From contig CAKOLI010000001.1 in assembly GCA_934096265.1 (NCBI GenBank), forward strand, positions 141,512-205,511: a stretch of 64,000 nucleotides of DNA, in the 5' to 3' direction. This document shows, piece after piece, positions 27,683 through 38,020 of the stretch. The notes beneath the pieces are model-generated. The model saw only the letters and a program-made list of their open reading frames with translations. It ran no database searches and was not told the DNA's origin. The position numbers and the translations under genes are program-made. Source of the DNA: an uncultured Bacilli bacterium (GTDB lineage: Bacteria > Bacillota_I > Bacilli_A > RF39 > UBA660). Each line of letters starts with the position of its first letter. Position 1 is the stretch's first letter.

Positions 27683-28312
27683 ATGAGACTAAAAAACGTA
27701 AAAAATGCTAAAGAAATCATAGAAAAAGGAACATATTATTTACCTAACCCCAAAGATTATATTGGAAGGTATAAAGAACTATTTAACAACAACAATGAAA
27801 TTCATATAGAAATAGGCATGGGTAAAGGTAAGTTTATTATAGATAATGCTATAGCCCACAAAGACATAAACTATATAGGCATAGAAAAATATGACAGCGT
27901 CATCGTAAGAGCAATTCAAAAATCTAACCAACTAGAACTTCCAAACTTAAAACTAATAAAAATAGATGCATTAGAACTAGACCAAATATTTAATAAAGAA
28001 GTAGACCTAATTTACCTAAATTTCTCTGATCCATGGCCTAAAGATAGACATACCAAAAGACGATTAACTAGCCCGACATTCTTATCTATCTATGATAAAA
28101 TATCTAAAAATAAACCACATATTATTCAAAAAACAGACAACATAGACCTATTTAACTATTCACTAGATACCTTAAAAGATAATGGCTATGAAATACTATC
28201 TATAACTAATGACTTACACAGTACAAACATTCCTAATATAAATACTGAATACGAAGACAAGTTTGTTAGTAACAATATCAAAATCAACAGATTAGAAGCT
28301 ATTAAAAAATAA
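27683..28312 (+). CDS. trmB: tRNA (guanine46-N7)-methyltransferase
   Basis: IEIGMGKG and FSDPWPKDRHTKRRL motifs. Confidence 0.9.
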   Translation: MRLKNVKNAKEIIEKGTYYLPNPKDYIGRYKELFNNNNEIHIEIGMGKGKFIIDNAIAHKDINYIGIEKYDSVIVRAIQKSNQLELPNLKLIKIDALELDQIFNKEVDLIYLNFSDPWPKDRHTKRRLTSPTFLSIYDKISKNKPHIIQKTDNIDLFNYSLDTLKDNGYEILSITNDLHSTNIPNINTEYEDKFVSNNIKINRLEAIKK

Positions 28313-28320
28313 AATATCAA

Positions 28321-28355
28321 AATATAGTAAATTCATTCTTTACTATATTTTTTTT
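28321..28355 (+). terminator. intrinsic terminator after trmB
   Basis: Perfect 10-bp stem aatatagtaa / ttactatatt followed by a T-run. Confidence 0.75.
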
Positions 28356-28406
28356 AAAATTTTTACTACATAAATCTACATAAATTGTCTAATTTCTTCC
28401 ACTTCA

Positions 28407-28436
28407 TTGCAAATATTTTAAAAAATAGTGTATAAT
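28407..28436 (+). promoter_or_regulatory. promoter of the murG-rseP cell-envelope operon
   Basis: TTGCAA at 28407-28412 and TATAAT at 28431-28436, preceded by TG. Confidence 0.5.
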
Positions 28437-28454
28437 TAAATAAAGAGGTGTCAT

Positions 28455-29549
28455 ATGAAAGTAATAATTAGTGCAGGAGGTACAGGAGGACATATATATC
28501 CTGCCTTAGCTATTATAAATAAAATTAAAGAAAAAGAAAAAGATAGTGAATTTTTATATGTAGGAACCCATAATAGAATGGAAAAAGATTTAATACCAAA
28601 ACTAAACATAAAATATATCCCACTAGAAATAATTGGCTTTAATAGGAAAAAACTATTAAGCAATTTCAAAACAATTAAACTTTTCTTAAAAGCAAGAAAA
28701 AAGTCAAAACAAATTATAAAAGAATTTAAACCAGATGTTGTAATCGGTTGTGGTGGATACGTAACAGCTCCCTTAATAAGTGAAGCTAGTGCCTTAGGTA
28801 TTCCTACCTTTATACATGAACAAAATAGTGTAGTAGGTCTTAGTAATAAGTTCTTAAGTAGATATGCTACTAAAATAGGTGTATCCTTTGAAAGCACCAT
28901 TTCATCATTTCCAAAAGGCAAAGCCATCTATACAGGAAATCCATGTAGTGAAAATGCCTTCAACATCAAACCCGCGACCAAAAAAGAATTTGGAGTAAAT
29001 ATAACCTCTAAACTAGTATTAATAGTAATGGGAAGCCTAGGTTCAACATCCGTAAATGACAAAATAGTAAAAATTATTCCCAAATTTAAAGACAAAAAAT
29101 ATGAAATCATCTTTGTAACTGGAAATAATTACTATGAAAAAATAAAAGATATAAAAGTACCTAAAAACATTCATATCCTCCCATATGTATCTGATATGCC
29201 TAGATTAATGAAAATAACAGACCTAATGGTCTCACGAGCAGGAGCATCTACAATGAGTGAAATAAGTGCCTTAGAAATACCAACAATCTTTATACCAAGC
29301 CCATACGTTCCAAATAATCATCAGTACAAAAATGCCTATGACTGGGTAACAAAAGAAAGTGCTATGTTACTAGAAGAAAAAGATTTAAACGAAAATAACT
29401 TAATAGAAATGATTGATAATCTATTAAATGATAAAGAAAAATACAACAAAATTAAAAATAATCTAAGTAAACTAAAAGTAACAGATAGTGCACTTAGAAT
29501 ATATAATATCATAAAGGAAATGGTTGATAACAATGGAAGAGTTAATTAA
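28455..29549 (+). CDS. murG: UDP-GlcNAc:lipid I GlcNAc transferase MurG
   Basis: GGTGGHIYPALA, and GGYV..P with RAGAST motifs. Confidence 0.9.
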   Translation: MKVIISAGGTGGHIYPALAIINKIKEKEKDSEFLYVGTHNRMEKDLIPKLNIKYIPLEIIGFNRKKLLSNFKTIKLFLKARKKSKQIIKEFKPDVVIGCGGYVTAPLISEASALGIPTFIHEQNSVVGLSNKFLSRYATKIGVSFESTISSFPKGKAIYTGNPCSENAFNIKPATKKEFGVNITSKLVLIVMGSLGSTSVNDKIVKIIPKFKDKKYEIIFVTGNNYYEKIKDIKVPKNIHILPYVSDMPRLMKITDLMVSRAGASTMSEISALEIPTIFIPSPYVPNNHQYKNAYDWVTKESAMLLEEKDLNENNLIEMIDNLLNDKEKYNKIKNNLSKLKVTDSALRIYNIIKEMVDNNGRVN

Positions 29550-30432
29550 AATAATAAGAAAAAATAAACTAGGTAAATTATTAGAAAGTGTCTCACTAAA
29601 AATATTTAATACATACAAACTTTCTCCCCAAGCAAGAGTTATTTATTATACTAAAGATATCCCTTCACTAATTTATGTTTTAACTTATTTAAAAGAACAT
29701 AACTTAAAATACATAATACTAGGAAAAGGAAGCAATGTAATATTTAATTTTGACTATTATGATGGAATGATTATCAAACTAGACTATTTAAACAGTTTAG
29801 AAATTAATGGAACAACAGTTACCGTAGGAAGTGGCTATTCTCTTCCTAAACTAGCAATGCATACTGCTAAACTTGGATTATCTGGCTTAGAATTTGCTCA
29901 AGGTATCCCAGGAACAGTAGGAGGTTCCATCTATATGAACGCAGGTGCCTATAAAAAAGATATGGGCTATATCGTTACTAAAATTAAAGTTTTAACACCA
30001 GATTTAAAAGTAAAAACCATGTATAACAAAGATTTAAACTTCCATTATCGCACATCCTTCTTAAAAGAACATAAAGATTACATATGCCTAGAAGCAACAC
30101 TAAAATTAGCAAGACAAGATAAAGAAGAAATATTAAATTTAATAAAAACAAGAAGAGCCAAAAGACTAGAATCACAACCACTAGAATATCCTTCCGCAGG
30201 AAGTGTATTTCGTAACCCAGAAAATAATTATGCAGGTAAACTTATTGAAGATTTAAACCTAAAAGGTTATAATATTAATGGAGCAGAAATATCTACCAAA
30301 CATGCAAACTTCATTATTAACAAAAATAAATGTAGTGGTAAAGATATTGTTAGCTTAATAAACCTAATTAAAGATAAAGTATATGAAGAATATAAAATAA
30401 ACTTAGTACTAGAACAAGAAATAATCGAATAA
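29533..30432 (+). CDS. murB: UDP-N-acetylenolpyruvoylglucosamine reductase MurB
   Basis: FAD-binding GKGSN. YPSAGSVFRNP and HANFIIN motifs. TTG 29524 is an alternative start. Confidence 0.88.
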   Translation: MEELIKIIRKNKLGKLLESVSLKIFNTYKLSPQARVIYYTKDIPSLIYVLTYLKEHNLKYIILGKGSNVIFNFDYYDGMIIKLDYLNSLEINGTTVTVGSGYSLPKLAMHTAKLGLSGLEFAQGIPGTVGGSIYMNAGAYKKDMGYIVTKIKVLTPDLKVKTMYNKDLNFHYRTSFLKEHKDYICLEATLKLARQDKEEILNLIKTRRAKRLESQPLEYPSAGSVFRNPENNYAGKLIEDLNLKGYNINGAEISTKHANFIINKNKCSGKDIVSLINLIKDKVYEEYKINLVLEQEIIE

Positions 30433-30442
30433 AGAGGACATT

Positions 30443-31135
30443 ATGCCAAAAAAAATAAAAGTAACCGTAAAAAAAAGAAAAATAAACACTAAAAAAGTAC
30501 TATTATTCTTACTAATTATCTATATTATCTTCTATATAGTTATAGAAATAATAGACTATCCTATAAAAAACATCTATATAATAGGTAACAACACTATAAG
30601 TGACTATGAAATAATCACATCATCAGGCCTATCTTCTTATCCATCACTAATTAAAACAAGTACTAAAAAAGTAGAAAAAAAATTGCTTACTAACAACTAC
30701 ATAAAAAACGTATCTATTAAAAAGAAATTCAAAAGTAAATTAATAATAGAAATAGAAGAAAGAAGATTACTGTGCCTAACTACAAATAATAAAATAATCA
30801 CTAACGATGGAGTATACTTAGATAATATATATACTATAAAAGACTTACCTACATTAATAAACGAAATACCAAGTGATATCTTTGAAAAATTTTATAAAAA
30901 CTTTGACAAAGTAGATGATAATATTCTAAATAAAATATCTCAAATAGAATATGCAACTACTCAAGTAGATAAAGAAAGATTTTTATTATACATGAATGAT
31001 GGTAACTATGTATATATCACATTAGATAAAATAACAAAATTAAATAAATATGATGAAATATACAAAGAATTAGAAGGTAAAAAAGGAATTTTAAATTTAG
31101 ATTCTGGTAATTCTTTTGAAATAAAGGAGGCTTAA
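30443..31135 (+). CDS. divIB: cell division protein DivIB/FtsQ (POTRA)
   Basis: Short cytoplasmic tail, TM, then POTRA-like I..I.I.GN......I. Position after murB. Confidence 0.7.
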   Translation: MPKKIKVTVKKRKINTKKVLLFLLIIYIIFYIVIEIIDYPIKNIYIIGNNTISDYEIITSSGLSSYPSLIKTSTKKVEKKLLTNNYIKNVSIKKKFKSKLIIEIEERRLLCLTTNNKIITNDGVYLDNIYTIKDLPTLINEIPSDIFEKFYKNFDKVDDNILNKISQIEYATTQVDKERFLLYMNDGNYVYITLDKITKLNKYDEIYKELEGKKGILNLDSGNSFEIKEA

Positions 31136-31136
31136 T

Positions 31137-31862
31137 ATGAAAGAAGAAAACATACCTATGCATGTAGGTATCATAGTAGATGGCAATGGAAGATGGGCAA
31201 AAGAAAAAGGACTAAGTAGAAGTAAAGGTCACTTAGCAGGTAGCAAAAATCTAAAAAAAATAGCTCTATATGCCTTTAAAAGAGGCATAAAAGTCCTAAG
31301 CGTCTTTGTCTTTTCAACAGAAAACTTCAAAAGAAGTAAAGAAGAAGTAGACTACCTAATGAATTTATTCATAAAAGCCTTTAAAACTGACTTTAAAATA
31401 TTTCATGAAAAAGACGTAAAAGTAATCTTTTCAGGTGAAAAAGAAGGATTACCTAAAGAAGTTATAAACACCATGGAAACCATGGAAGAAAAGACTAAAA
31501 ACAATCAAAGTGGAATTTTAAATGTATGCATTAACTATGGAGGAAGAAGAGAAATAGTTAATACCACTAAAAAACTAATTAACAAAGTTTTAAATAATGA
31601 ACTAAACATAAACGATATAGACGAAGAATGTATAAGAAAAAATCTATATTATGATTTACCTGATATTGACTTATTAATTAGAACTAGTGGAGAATTAAGA
31701 CTAAGCAATTTTATGCTATATCAATCTTCATATGCAGAATTATATTTCACTAAAGTATACTTCCCATCTTTTAGTGAAAAAGACTTTGATACTGCCATAA
31801 CAGAATATAACAAAAGAAATAGAAGATACGGAGGAATAAACAATGAAAAAACGAATCATTAG
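31137..31862 (+). CDS. uppS: undecaprenyl diphosphate synthase
   Basis: HVGIIVDGNGRWA and RTSGELRLSNFMLYQ motifs. Confidence 0.92.
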   Translation: MKEENIPMHVGIIVDGNGRWAKEKGLSRSKGHLAGSKNLKKIALYAFKRGIKVLSVFVFSTENFKRSKEEVDYLMNLFIKAFKTDFKIFHEKDVKVIFSGEKEGLPKEVINTMETMEEKTKNNQSGILNVCINYGGRREIVNTTKKLINKVLNNELNINDIDEECIRKNLYYDLPDIDLLIRTSGELRLSNFMLYQSSYAELYFTKVYFPSFSEKDFDTAITEYNKRNRRYGGINNEKTNH

Positions 31863-32619
31863 TGCTATCATAATCATACTAATATTTATAATATCTTTAT
31901 GCGTAAACAAAATATTCTTTACCTTATTAATGACCCTATGTGGAATATTAGCCTTAAAAGAATTATTAAAAGTACATAACATAGAATCATTATCCCTATT
32001 AAATCTCTTATCATACTTAAATTTAATTGTTATAATTCTAAGTAATAACATAATAAAAATAAATACAACATATCCTATTATCTTAACTATTTTAATATCT
32101 CTTATGCTATTAGTATTTTATAATGATAACAAAAAATATAATATAAATAATGCCTTATATGTAATGGGCTGCATAATTCTATTAGGACTTAGCTTTAATA
32201 ACATAATCAATTTTAGAATAACATCAGTAAGCTTATGCATATATATATTCTTACTATCATCAATCACTGATACATTTGCTTATATCGGAGGCTCATTAAT
32301 AGGGAAACACAAACTAACAGAAATCTCTCCTAAAAAAACATGGGAAGGCAGCATAGTGGGAACCGTTATGGGAAGCATCTTTAGTATAATGTATTACATA
32401 ACTGTAGTAAATAACTTACCATTAATCCCAGTAATTATAATGAGCATCTTACTAACTATCTTATCCCAAATAGGGGACTTAGTATTCAGTGATATAAAAA
32501 GATATTTTAACATAAAAGACTATTCTAATATAATACCAGGACACGGAGGAATATTAGACAGATTTGATAGTATTATTTTTGTATCCTTAGGATTAACATT
32601 AATATTAGAATTATTATAG
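31843..32619 (+). CDS. cdsA: phosphatidate cytidylyltransferase
   Basis: SDIKRYFNIKDYSNIIPGHGGILDRFDS signature. Confidence 0.9.
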   Translation: MKKRIISAIIIILIFIISLCVNKIFFTLLMTLCGILALKELLKVHNIESLSLLNLLSYLNLIVIILSNNIIKINTTYPIILTILISLMLLVFYNDNKKYNINNALYVMGCIILLGLSFNNIINFRITSVSLCIYIFLLSSITDTFAYIGGSLIGKHKLTEISPKKTWEGSIVGTVMGSIFSIMYYITVVNNLPLIPVIIMSILLTILSQIGDLVFSDIKRYFNIKDYSNIIPGHGGILDRFDSIIFVSLGLTLILELL

Positions 32620-32628
32620 GAGGTAATT

Positions 32629-33666
32629 ATGACATTAATATATTTTATTTTAATACTAGGAGCTATAGTATTTGTCCATGAACTAGGACATTTTATCTTT
32701 GCTAGATTATCAGGAGTATACGTATACGAATTTTCAATAGGCATGGGTAAAAAAATTCTATCATACAAGAAAAAAGATGGTGAAACAGAATATTGCCTAA
32801 GACTAGTTCCACTAGGAGGATTTTGCCAAATTGCAGGAGAAAATGGTGATATTGAAGAAGACAAAATACCAAAAGACAGAAAAATGTGCAACAAATCATT
32901 CATCCAAAGATTTGCAATATTATTCTTTGGAGCAGGTTTTAACTTTATCTTTGCATACATCTTACTATTTACAATAGGCTTATGTTATGGAAGCATAAAT
33001 GAAAAACCAATAATTGGTGCAATCATGGAAGATTACCCAGCATATCAAGCAGGACTACAAAAAGATGATATAATAATCTCTTTAAATAACAAAAAAGTAT
33101 CTACTTGGGATGACGTACTATGGGAATTAGATACAAACAAAGAAAAAACTATAACATTCAAAATAGAAAGAAATAGTGAAATAAAAGAAATAGAAGTAAC
33201 ACCCAAAAAAGTAATCCAAGATGATACAGAAAGCTATGTATATGGTATATCAAGAAATGTAAAAAGAGAAAAAGGCTTTCTAAATGCCATAAATTATGCT
33301 ACCGTTAAAACAAAATCATTATTTAGAATGATGTCTAACACCGTAAAAAGTCTATTCACAGGAAAAGTAGGTGTAAAAGATTTATCAGGCCCAGTTGGTA
33401 TATATAACATAGTAGGTACCCAAGCCCAAGCGGGTTTAGAAAGCATAATATATCTAATTGCATTCCTATCCATAAACGTAGGCTTTATAAACCTAATACC
33501 ATTACCCGCTTTTGACGGAGGAAGAATACTATTCTTAATAATTGAAAAAATAATAGGAAAACCATTAAATCCTAAAGTAGAAGGAATAATACACACAGTA
33601 GGCTTCTTCCTACTAATATTACTAATGATATATGTAACATTTAATGATATACTTAAATTATTTTAA
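32629..33666 (+). CDS. rseP: RIP metalloprotease RseP/RasP (M50, PDZ)
   Basis: HELGHF, a PDZ segment, and NLIPLPAFDGG. Confidence 0.9.
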   Translation: MTLIYFILILGAIVFVHELGHFIFARLSGVYVYEFSIGMGKKILSYKKKDGETEYCLRLVPLGGFCQIAGENGDIEEDKIPKDRKMCNKSFIQRFAILFFGAGFNFIFAYILLFTIGLCYGSINEKPIIGAIMEDYPAYQAGLQKDDIIISLNNKKVSTWDDVLWELDTNKEKTITFKIERNSEIKEIEVTPKKVIQDDTESYVYGISRNVKREKGFLNAINYATVKTKSLFRMMSNTVKSLFTGKVGVKDLSGPVGIYNIVGTQAQAGLESIIYLIAFLSINVGFINLIPLPAFDGGRILFLIIEKIIGKPLNPKVEGIIHTVGFFLLILLMIYVTFNDILKLF

Positions 33667-33671
33667 AATCA

Positions 33672-33700
33672 TTGTCAATAACTAGAACTTATGATATAAT
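33672..33700 (+). promoter_or_regulatory. promoter of LRR paralogue 1
   Basis: TTGTCA at 33672-33677, a 17-nt spacer, and extended -10 TGaTATAAT at 33692-33700. Confidence 0.6.
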
Positions 33701-33739
33701 TTTATACATAAGATATCTAAAAGTGATAGTGGTGTATAT

Positions 33740-33796
33740 AAATCTATTACTTTAAATAATAGTTATTAAAACTATACTTTTAGTAATAGATTTTTT
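33740..33796 (+). terminator. terminator-like hairpin + T-run inside the 5' leader of LRR paralogue 1
   Basis: Stem aaatctattact (33740-33751) / agtaatagattt (33782-33793), with an inner stem atagtt/aactat, followed by TTTTTT. Confidence 0.6.
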
Positions 33797-33839
33797 ATTT
33801 ACGTCTTTATCTTCATCATAAAAAGGGAGTGTGTTATAC

Positions 33840-34409
33840 ATGGATAACAACAAAAAAGTATATCTAGTAATAGCCATAATATCCATAATAATGTTAGCAA
33901 TGGGAGTAACTACTGCGTGGTTTACTTGGAGAAGTAGTATTAATACAGATGTAACATTTAATGTAGAAGGCTTAGATATTACCTATACAGGAGATGCTAA
34001 TATTCTAAATAAAAAGCTATATCCTACAGCCTCAATGACTAATACTGATAATATAATACATAATTTTAGTCTAGTAACAACATCAAATATAGATATATAT
34101 ACTAAAATATCACTAGATATAATTAAGTTAGATGATAATTTAAAAGATGTATCATTTAGATGGGATTTATATAAAGAAAACACATCTATTGCAAGTGGAG
34201 ATATCAGCAGTGCTACAGTAGGTAGTGACTTACTACTTACTCCATATGAAAAAATAACTACAACTCCAACTAATTACACATTATATATCTGGATAGATGG
34301 AGAACACTACAATAACCCCCTTGCCATGGGAGGTAAAGAGTTTTACTTCAAATTAAAACTAGACGCAGGCCAACAAGACTATACAACACAAAGTGATTGT
34401 TTTACATTT
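33840..34409 (+). repeat. direct repeat copy A (5' 570 nt shared with 42722-43291)
   Basis: Collinear codon-for-codon with copy B. 33911-34032 is identical to 42793-42914 (122 nt). I count about a dozen mismatches over 33900-34200. Confidence 0.85.
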
Positions 34410-35345
34410 GATGAAACTACAGGTACTATAACAGGTTACTTATGCACAAAAGGAAATAGCAATAACCTACCTGAACTAACAGAAATAGTAATACCAAGAA
34501 CCATAAATAACAAGGAAGTAACAATACTAAAATCATCAATCTTTCGTAATAAAGGTCTTACAAAAGTAGTCTTACCAACTACCTTAAAAACAATTGAAGA
34601 TGGATGCTTTGCCATAAATAATCTAAAAGAAATAATAATACCAGATGGTGTTACCAAAATAGGAGGTACCAGTTTCTGGGGAAACTCCTTAGAAAAAGTA
34701 AGTATTCCATCAACCGTCCTATCAATCGGAGGACAAGCCTTTAATAAGAATAACCTACCAGAAGAATATGCTTATATATATGCTAGAAAAGATGAAAACA
34801 AAGATGGTATTGCTGAGATAGATTATACCCAAATAGTAAGTTATGGGGGAACAAACACAAATATAGTAATACCAAATACTGTAAAAACTATTGGCACACA
34901 AGCTTTCTATAGCACTAACATAAATACCATAACCATACCAGAAGGTGTTACTAACTTAGGATATGCTTCCCTTGCAAATAATAACCTGACAAGTATAACT
35001 TTACCAGAAAGCATAACCAACATAGATACCTTAGCTCTTGCCAACAACAAATTAACTACCGTAACTATTCCTAAAAATGTAAAAGCAATAGGAACACTTG
35101 CTTTTGAAGGAAACATTTTAACATCAATATATTTATCCAAAGATATAAGCAAAGACCTAAGAATAAACACAAAATCATTCATTGTAAATGCCACTAATAA
35201 TCCAAATCTACAAGTAATATATAACCTTGCTAACTTATCCCTAGATTGGAACTTAGCTATAACTGGTACATATGGCACCGCTTTCGTAAGTGGCACAGTA
35301 ACAACCTCTGATGGAAGAACAATAACTATAACTACCAGTGAGTAA
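33840..35345 (+). CDS. surface protein: TasA/camelysin-like N-domain + BspA-type leucine-rich repeats (paralogue 1)
   Basis: TM plus MGVTTAWFTWRSS (SipW-type-like). The N-domain ends YTLYIWIDG..FKLKLDAGQQ. LRR units follow the pattern IP..V..IG..AF....L. Conserved tail GTAFVSGTVTTSDGRTITITTSE. Confidence 0.8.
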   Translation: MDNNKKVYLVIAIISIIMLAMGVTTAWFTWRSSINTDVTFNVEGLDITYTGDANILNKKLYPTASMTNTDNIIHNFSLVTTSNIDIYTKISLDIIKLDDNLKDVSFRWDLYKENTSIASGDISSATVGSDLLLTPYEKITTTPTNYTLYIWIDGEHYNNPLAMGGKEFYFKLKLDAGQQDYTTQSDCFTFDETTGTITGYLCTKGNSNNLPELTEIVIPRTINNKEVTILKSSIFRNKGLTKVVLPTTLKTIEDGCFAINNLKEIIIPDGVTKIGGTSFWGNSLEKVSIPSTVLSIGGQAFNKNNLPEEYAYIYARKDENKDGIAEIDYTQIVSYGGTNTNIVIPNTVKTIGTQAFYSTNINTITIPEGVTNLGYASLANNNLTSITLPESITNIDTLALANNKLTTVTIPKNVKAIGTLAFEGNILTSIYLSKDISKDLRINTKSFIVNATNNPNLQVIYNLANLSLDWNLAITGTYGTAFVSGTVTTSDGRTITITTSE

Positions 35346-35369
35346 AGAGAGCTAAAAAAGCTCTTTTTT
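35344..35369 (+). terminator. intrinsic terminator after LRR paralogue 1
   Basis: Stem aaagagagc / gctcttttt with a 7-nt A loop and a T-run. Confidence 0.65.
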
Positions 35370-35424
35370 ATACTAGCAATATTTATAAAAATAATATATA
35401 CTAATACATAAGAGGTGACCAACT

Positions 35425-36510
35425 ATGAGAAGTGTATATATTCATATTCCCTTTTGCAGCAACATATGTAGCTACTGTGATTTTGCTAAAGTATATTATA
35501 ATAACAATATAGTAGAAAAATACTTAAAATCATTATCAAACGAAGTATCTAAAAGATATAAAAATAATCTAATAAACACTCTCTATATAGGAGGAGGAAC
35601 ACCCAGTAGTCTTAGTATAGAAAACTTATCTGTTTTATTTAAAATAATAAACAAACTAAACCTAACCAAAGACTGTGAAATAACATTTGAATGTAACATA
35701 GATGATACTACCTATGATAAATTACTATTCTTATATAATAATAATGTAAATAGATTAAGCTTTGGAATACAATCTTTTAATCCTAAATTACTAAAAATAC
35801 TAAATAGAACTCACACTAAAGAAGATATATATAGAGTAATTAACATGGCAAAAGAAATAGGATTTAAAAATATCAATGTAGATTTAATTTATGGTATTAA
35901 CAAAGAAACAATAAATGATGTAAAAGAAGAACTAGATAACTTCTTATCTTTAAATATAAATCATATATCTACCTATGCTCTAATAATAGAACCAAACACC
36001 ATACTAAGTAATAATAACTATAAAAATATAAATGAAGATACAGAATATAAAATGTATAAATATATAAATAAAACCCTTACTAAAAATAACTATACTAACT
36101 ATGAATTTGCTAACTATGCTAAAGATAATACTTATTCTAAACATAACCTAGTATATTGGAATAACCTAGAATACTATGGCTTTGGCCTAGGAGCAGTATC
36201 ATATTTAAATAAAAGAAGAATAACTAATACTAGAAACTTAACTACATATTTAAAAAATAAATATATATATACTAATATATATGAAGATAAAAATACTACT
36301 ATGAGTAACGAAATGATTCTAGGACTAAGAAAAATACAAGGAGTAAATGAAGATGAATTTTATAAAAAATATAATCTAAAAATTGAAGATGTATTTGATA
36401 TAAATAAACTCCTTCAAGATAGATTATTAATTAAAGAAAAAGGATATTTAAAAATAAATAAAGATTATCTCTATCTATCAAATGAAATTCTTGTTAATTT
36501 TATCATCTAA
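35425..36510 (+). CDS. hemW: radical SAM heme chaperone HemW (HemN-like)
   Basis: HIPFCSNICSYCDF is a CxxxCxxC motif, followed by GGGTPS. Confidence 0.88.
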   Translation: MRSVYIHIPFCSNICSYCDFAKVYYNNNIVEKYLKSLSNEVSKRYKNNLINTLYIGGGTPSSLSIENLSVLFKIINKLNLTKDCEITFECNIDDTTYDKLLFLYNNNVNRLSFGIQSFNPKLLKILNRTHTKEDIYRVINMAKEIGFKNINVDLIYGINKETINDVKEELDNFLSLNINHISTYALIIEPNTILSNNNYKNINEDTEYKMYKYINKTLTKNNYTNYEFANYAKDNTYSKHNLVYWNNLEYYGFGLGAVSYLNKRRITNTRNLTTYLKNKYIYTNIYEDKNTTMSNEMILGLRKIQGVNEDEFYKKYNLKIEDVFDINKLLQDRLLIKEKGYLKINKDYLYLSNEILVNFII

Positions 36511-36564
36511 CTATTTAAAAAAATATTAATTTGGTGTAAAATAATTATACAAGGAAGTGATACT

Positions 36565-37161
36565 ATGTTACAACATACCATGCATAACATAATAGATGCT
36601 ATATGGCCACTTATAATTATTGTAATCGTAGTACTTACATCCTTTAGAATAATGGACATATTAATTAATAAAAAGAATTTTATATTATATAAAGACTTAA
36701 TGACAGTACTATTTATAATATATATAATATCTCTATTCTATATAGTAACATTCCAAGATGTTAACTATGGTAGTTCTAACTTTGTTCCATTTAAAGAAAT
36801 AAATAGATACACATTCTTATCTAATCTATTTATCAAAAATGTAATGGGTAACGTCTTACTATTTATCCCCTTTGGCTTCTTTACCGCATACTTTTTAAAT
36901 ACCAAAAAAATATTTCCCCCAATAATACTAACAATAATTACTTCAATAACCATAGAAACAGTTCAACTAAAAATCGGTAGAGTATTTGATATAGATGATA
37001 TCATTTTAAATGTTCTAGGGGGCATCTTTGGATTTATACTATTCATACTTTTTAGCTATATTAAAAAAATAATTCCTAAATACCTAAAAAAAGAATGGTT
37101 AATAAATATTATATTAAGTCTTCTTATTATATTAACCCTATATATAATATTACATATATAA
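36565..37161 (+). CDS. VanZ-family membrane protein
   Basis: NVLLFIPFGFF and DIDDIILNVLGG motifs. Confidence 0.75.
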   Translation: MLQHTMHNIIDAIWPLIIIVIVVLTSFRIMDILINKKNFILYKDLMTVLFIIYIISLFYIVTFQDVNYGSSNFVPFKEINRYTFLSNLFIKNVMGNVLLFIPFGFFTAYFLNTKKIFPPIILTIITSITIETVQLKIGRVFDIDDIILNVLGGIFGFILFILFSYIKKIIPKYLKKEWLINIILSLLIILTLYIILHI

Positions 37162-37187
37162 AACTAGTCTATCATAGGAGGTATATC

Positions 37188-37625
37188 ATGTTTGAAATAG
37201 ACAATATAAGTAGTAAAGAAATAGATACTACTAAATTAAAAGAATTTATAAACTTTGTTGTAACTAAAGAAAACTTAGAAGAAGCAATATTTAATATTAT
37301 CTTTGTAGATAATGAAGAAATAAAGAAAATTAACAAAGAATATAGAAACATAGATGCATACACAGATGTAATTAGCTTTGCCCTAGAAGATAACGAAGAT
37401 AATTATGAATGTGCATATAGAGTACTAGGAGATATATATATATCTATAGATAAAGCTATAGAACAAGCTAATCTATATAACCACAGCCTAGAAAGAGAAA
37501 TATCTTTCTTAGCCATACATGGACTATTACATCTATTAGGATATGACCATATGGTAAAAACAGAAGAAGAAATAATGTTTAAAAAGCAAGAAGATTACTT
37601 AAATCTTTTTGGATTAAAGAGGTAA
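37188..37625 (+). CDS. ybeY: rRNA maturation endoribonuclease YbeY
   Basis: HGLLHLLGYDH zinc motif. ATG 37188 follows AGGAGG. Confidence 0.9.
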   Translation: MFEIDNISSKEIDTTKLKEFINFVVTKENLEEAIFNIIFVDNEEIKKINKEYRNIDAYTDVISFALEDNEDNYECAYRVLGDIYISIDKAIEQANLYNHSLEREISFLAIHGLLHLLGYDHMVKTEEEIMFKKQEDYLNLFGLKR

Positions 37626-37627
37626 TT

Positions 37628-38017
37628 ATGAAAGAAAAATTAATTAAATTATTAGACTTATCTTACAGTCCATACTCAAACTTTAAAGTAAGTAGCATAG
37701 CCATTATGAAAGATGGTAAAGAATTCACAGGAGTTAATATAGAAAACGCTTCATACTCCGCGACTATATGTGCAGAAAGAGTAGCCATATTTAAAGCAAT
37801 ATCAGAAGGTTATACTAAAAAAGATTTCCATAAACTATATGTAATGTCATCATCAAACAACATAACTCCTAGTTGCTTTATATGTAGACAAGTAATTACA
37901 GAGTTCTTTGATAGTGAAAGTGAAATAATATTTATAACACCTACAGGAAAAACAGCAACCTACAAAGTAAAAGATGTCTGCCCACTACCATTTAACTCAT
38001 CAAGTCTAGAAGGATAA
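37628..38017 (+). CDS. cdd: cytidine deaminase
   Basis: CAERVAIF and PCFICRQV zinc motifs. 129 aa. Confidence 0.9.
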   Translation: MKEKLIKLLDLSYSPYSNFKVSSIAIMKDGKEFTGVNIENASYSATICAERVAIFKAISEGYTKKDFHKLYVMSSSNNITPSCFICRQVITEFFDSESEIIFITPTGKTATYKVKDVCPLPFNSSSLEG

Positions 38018-38020
38018 ACA

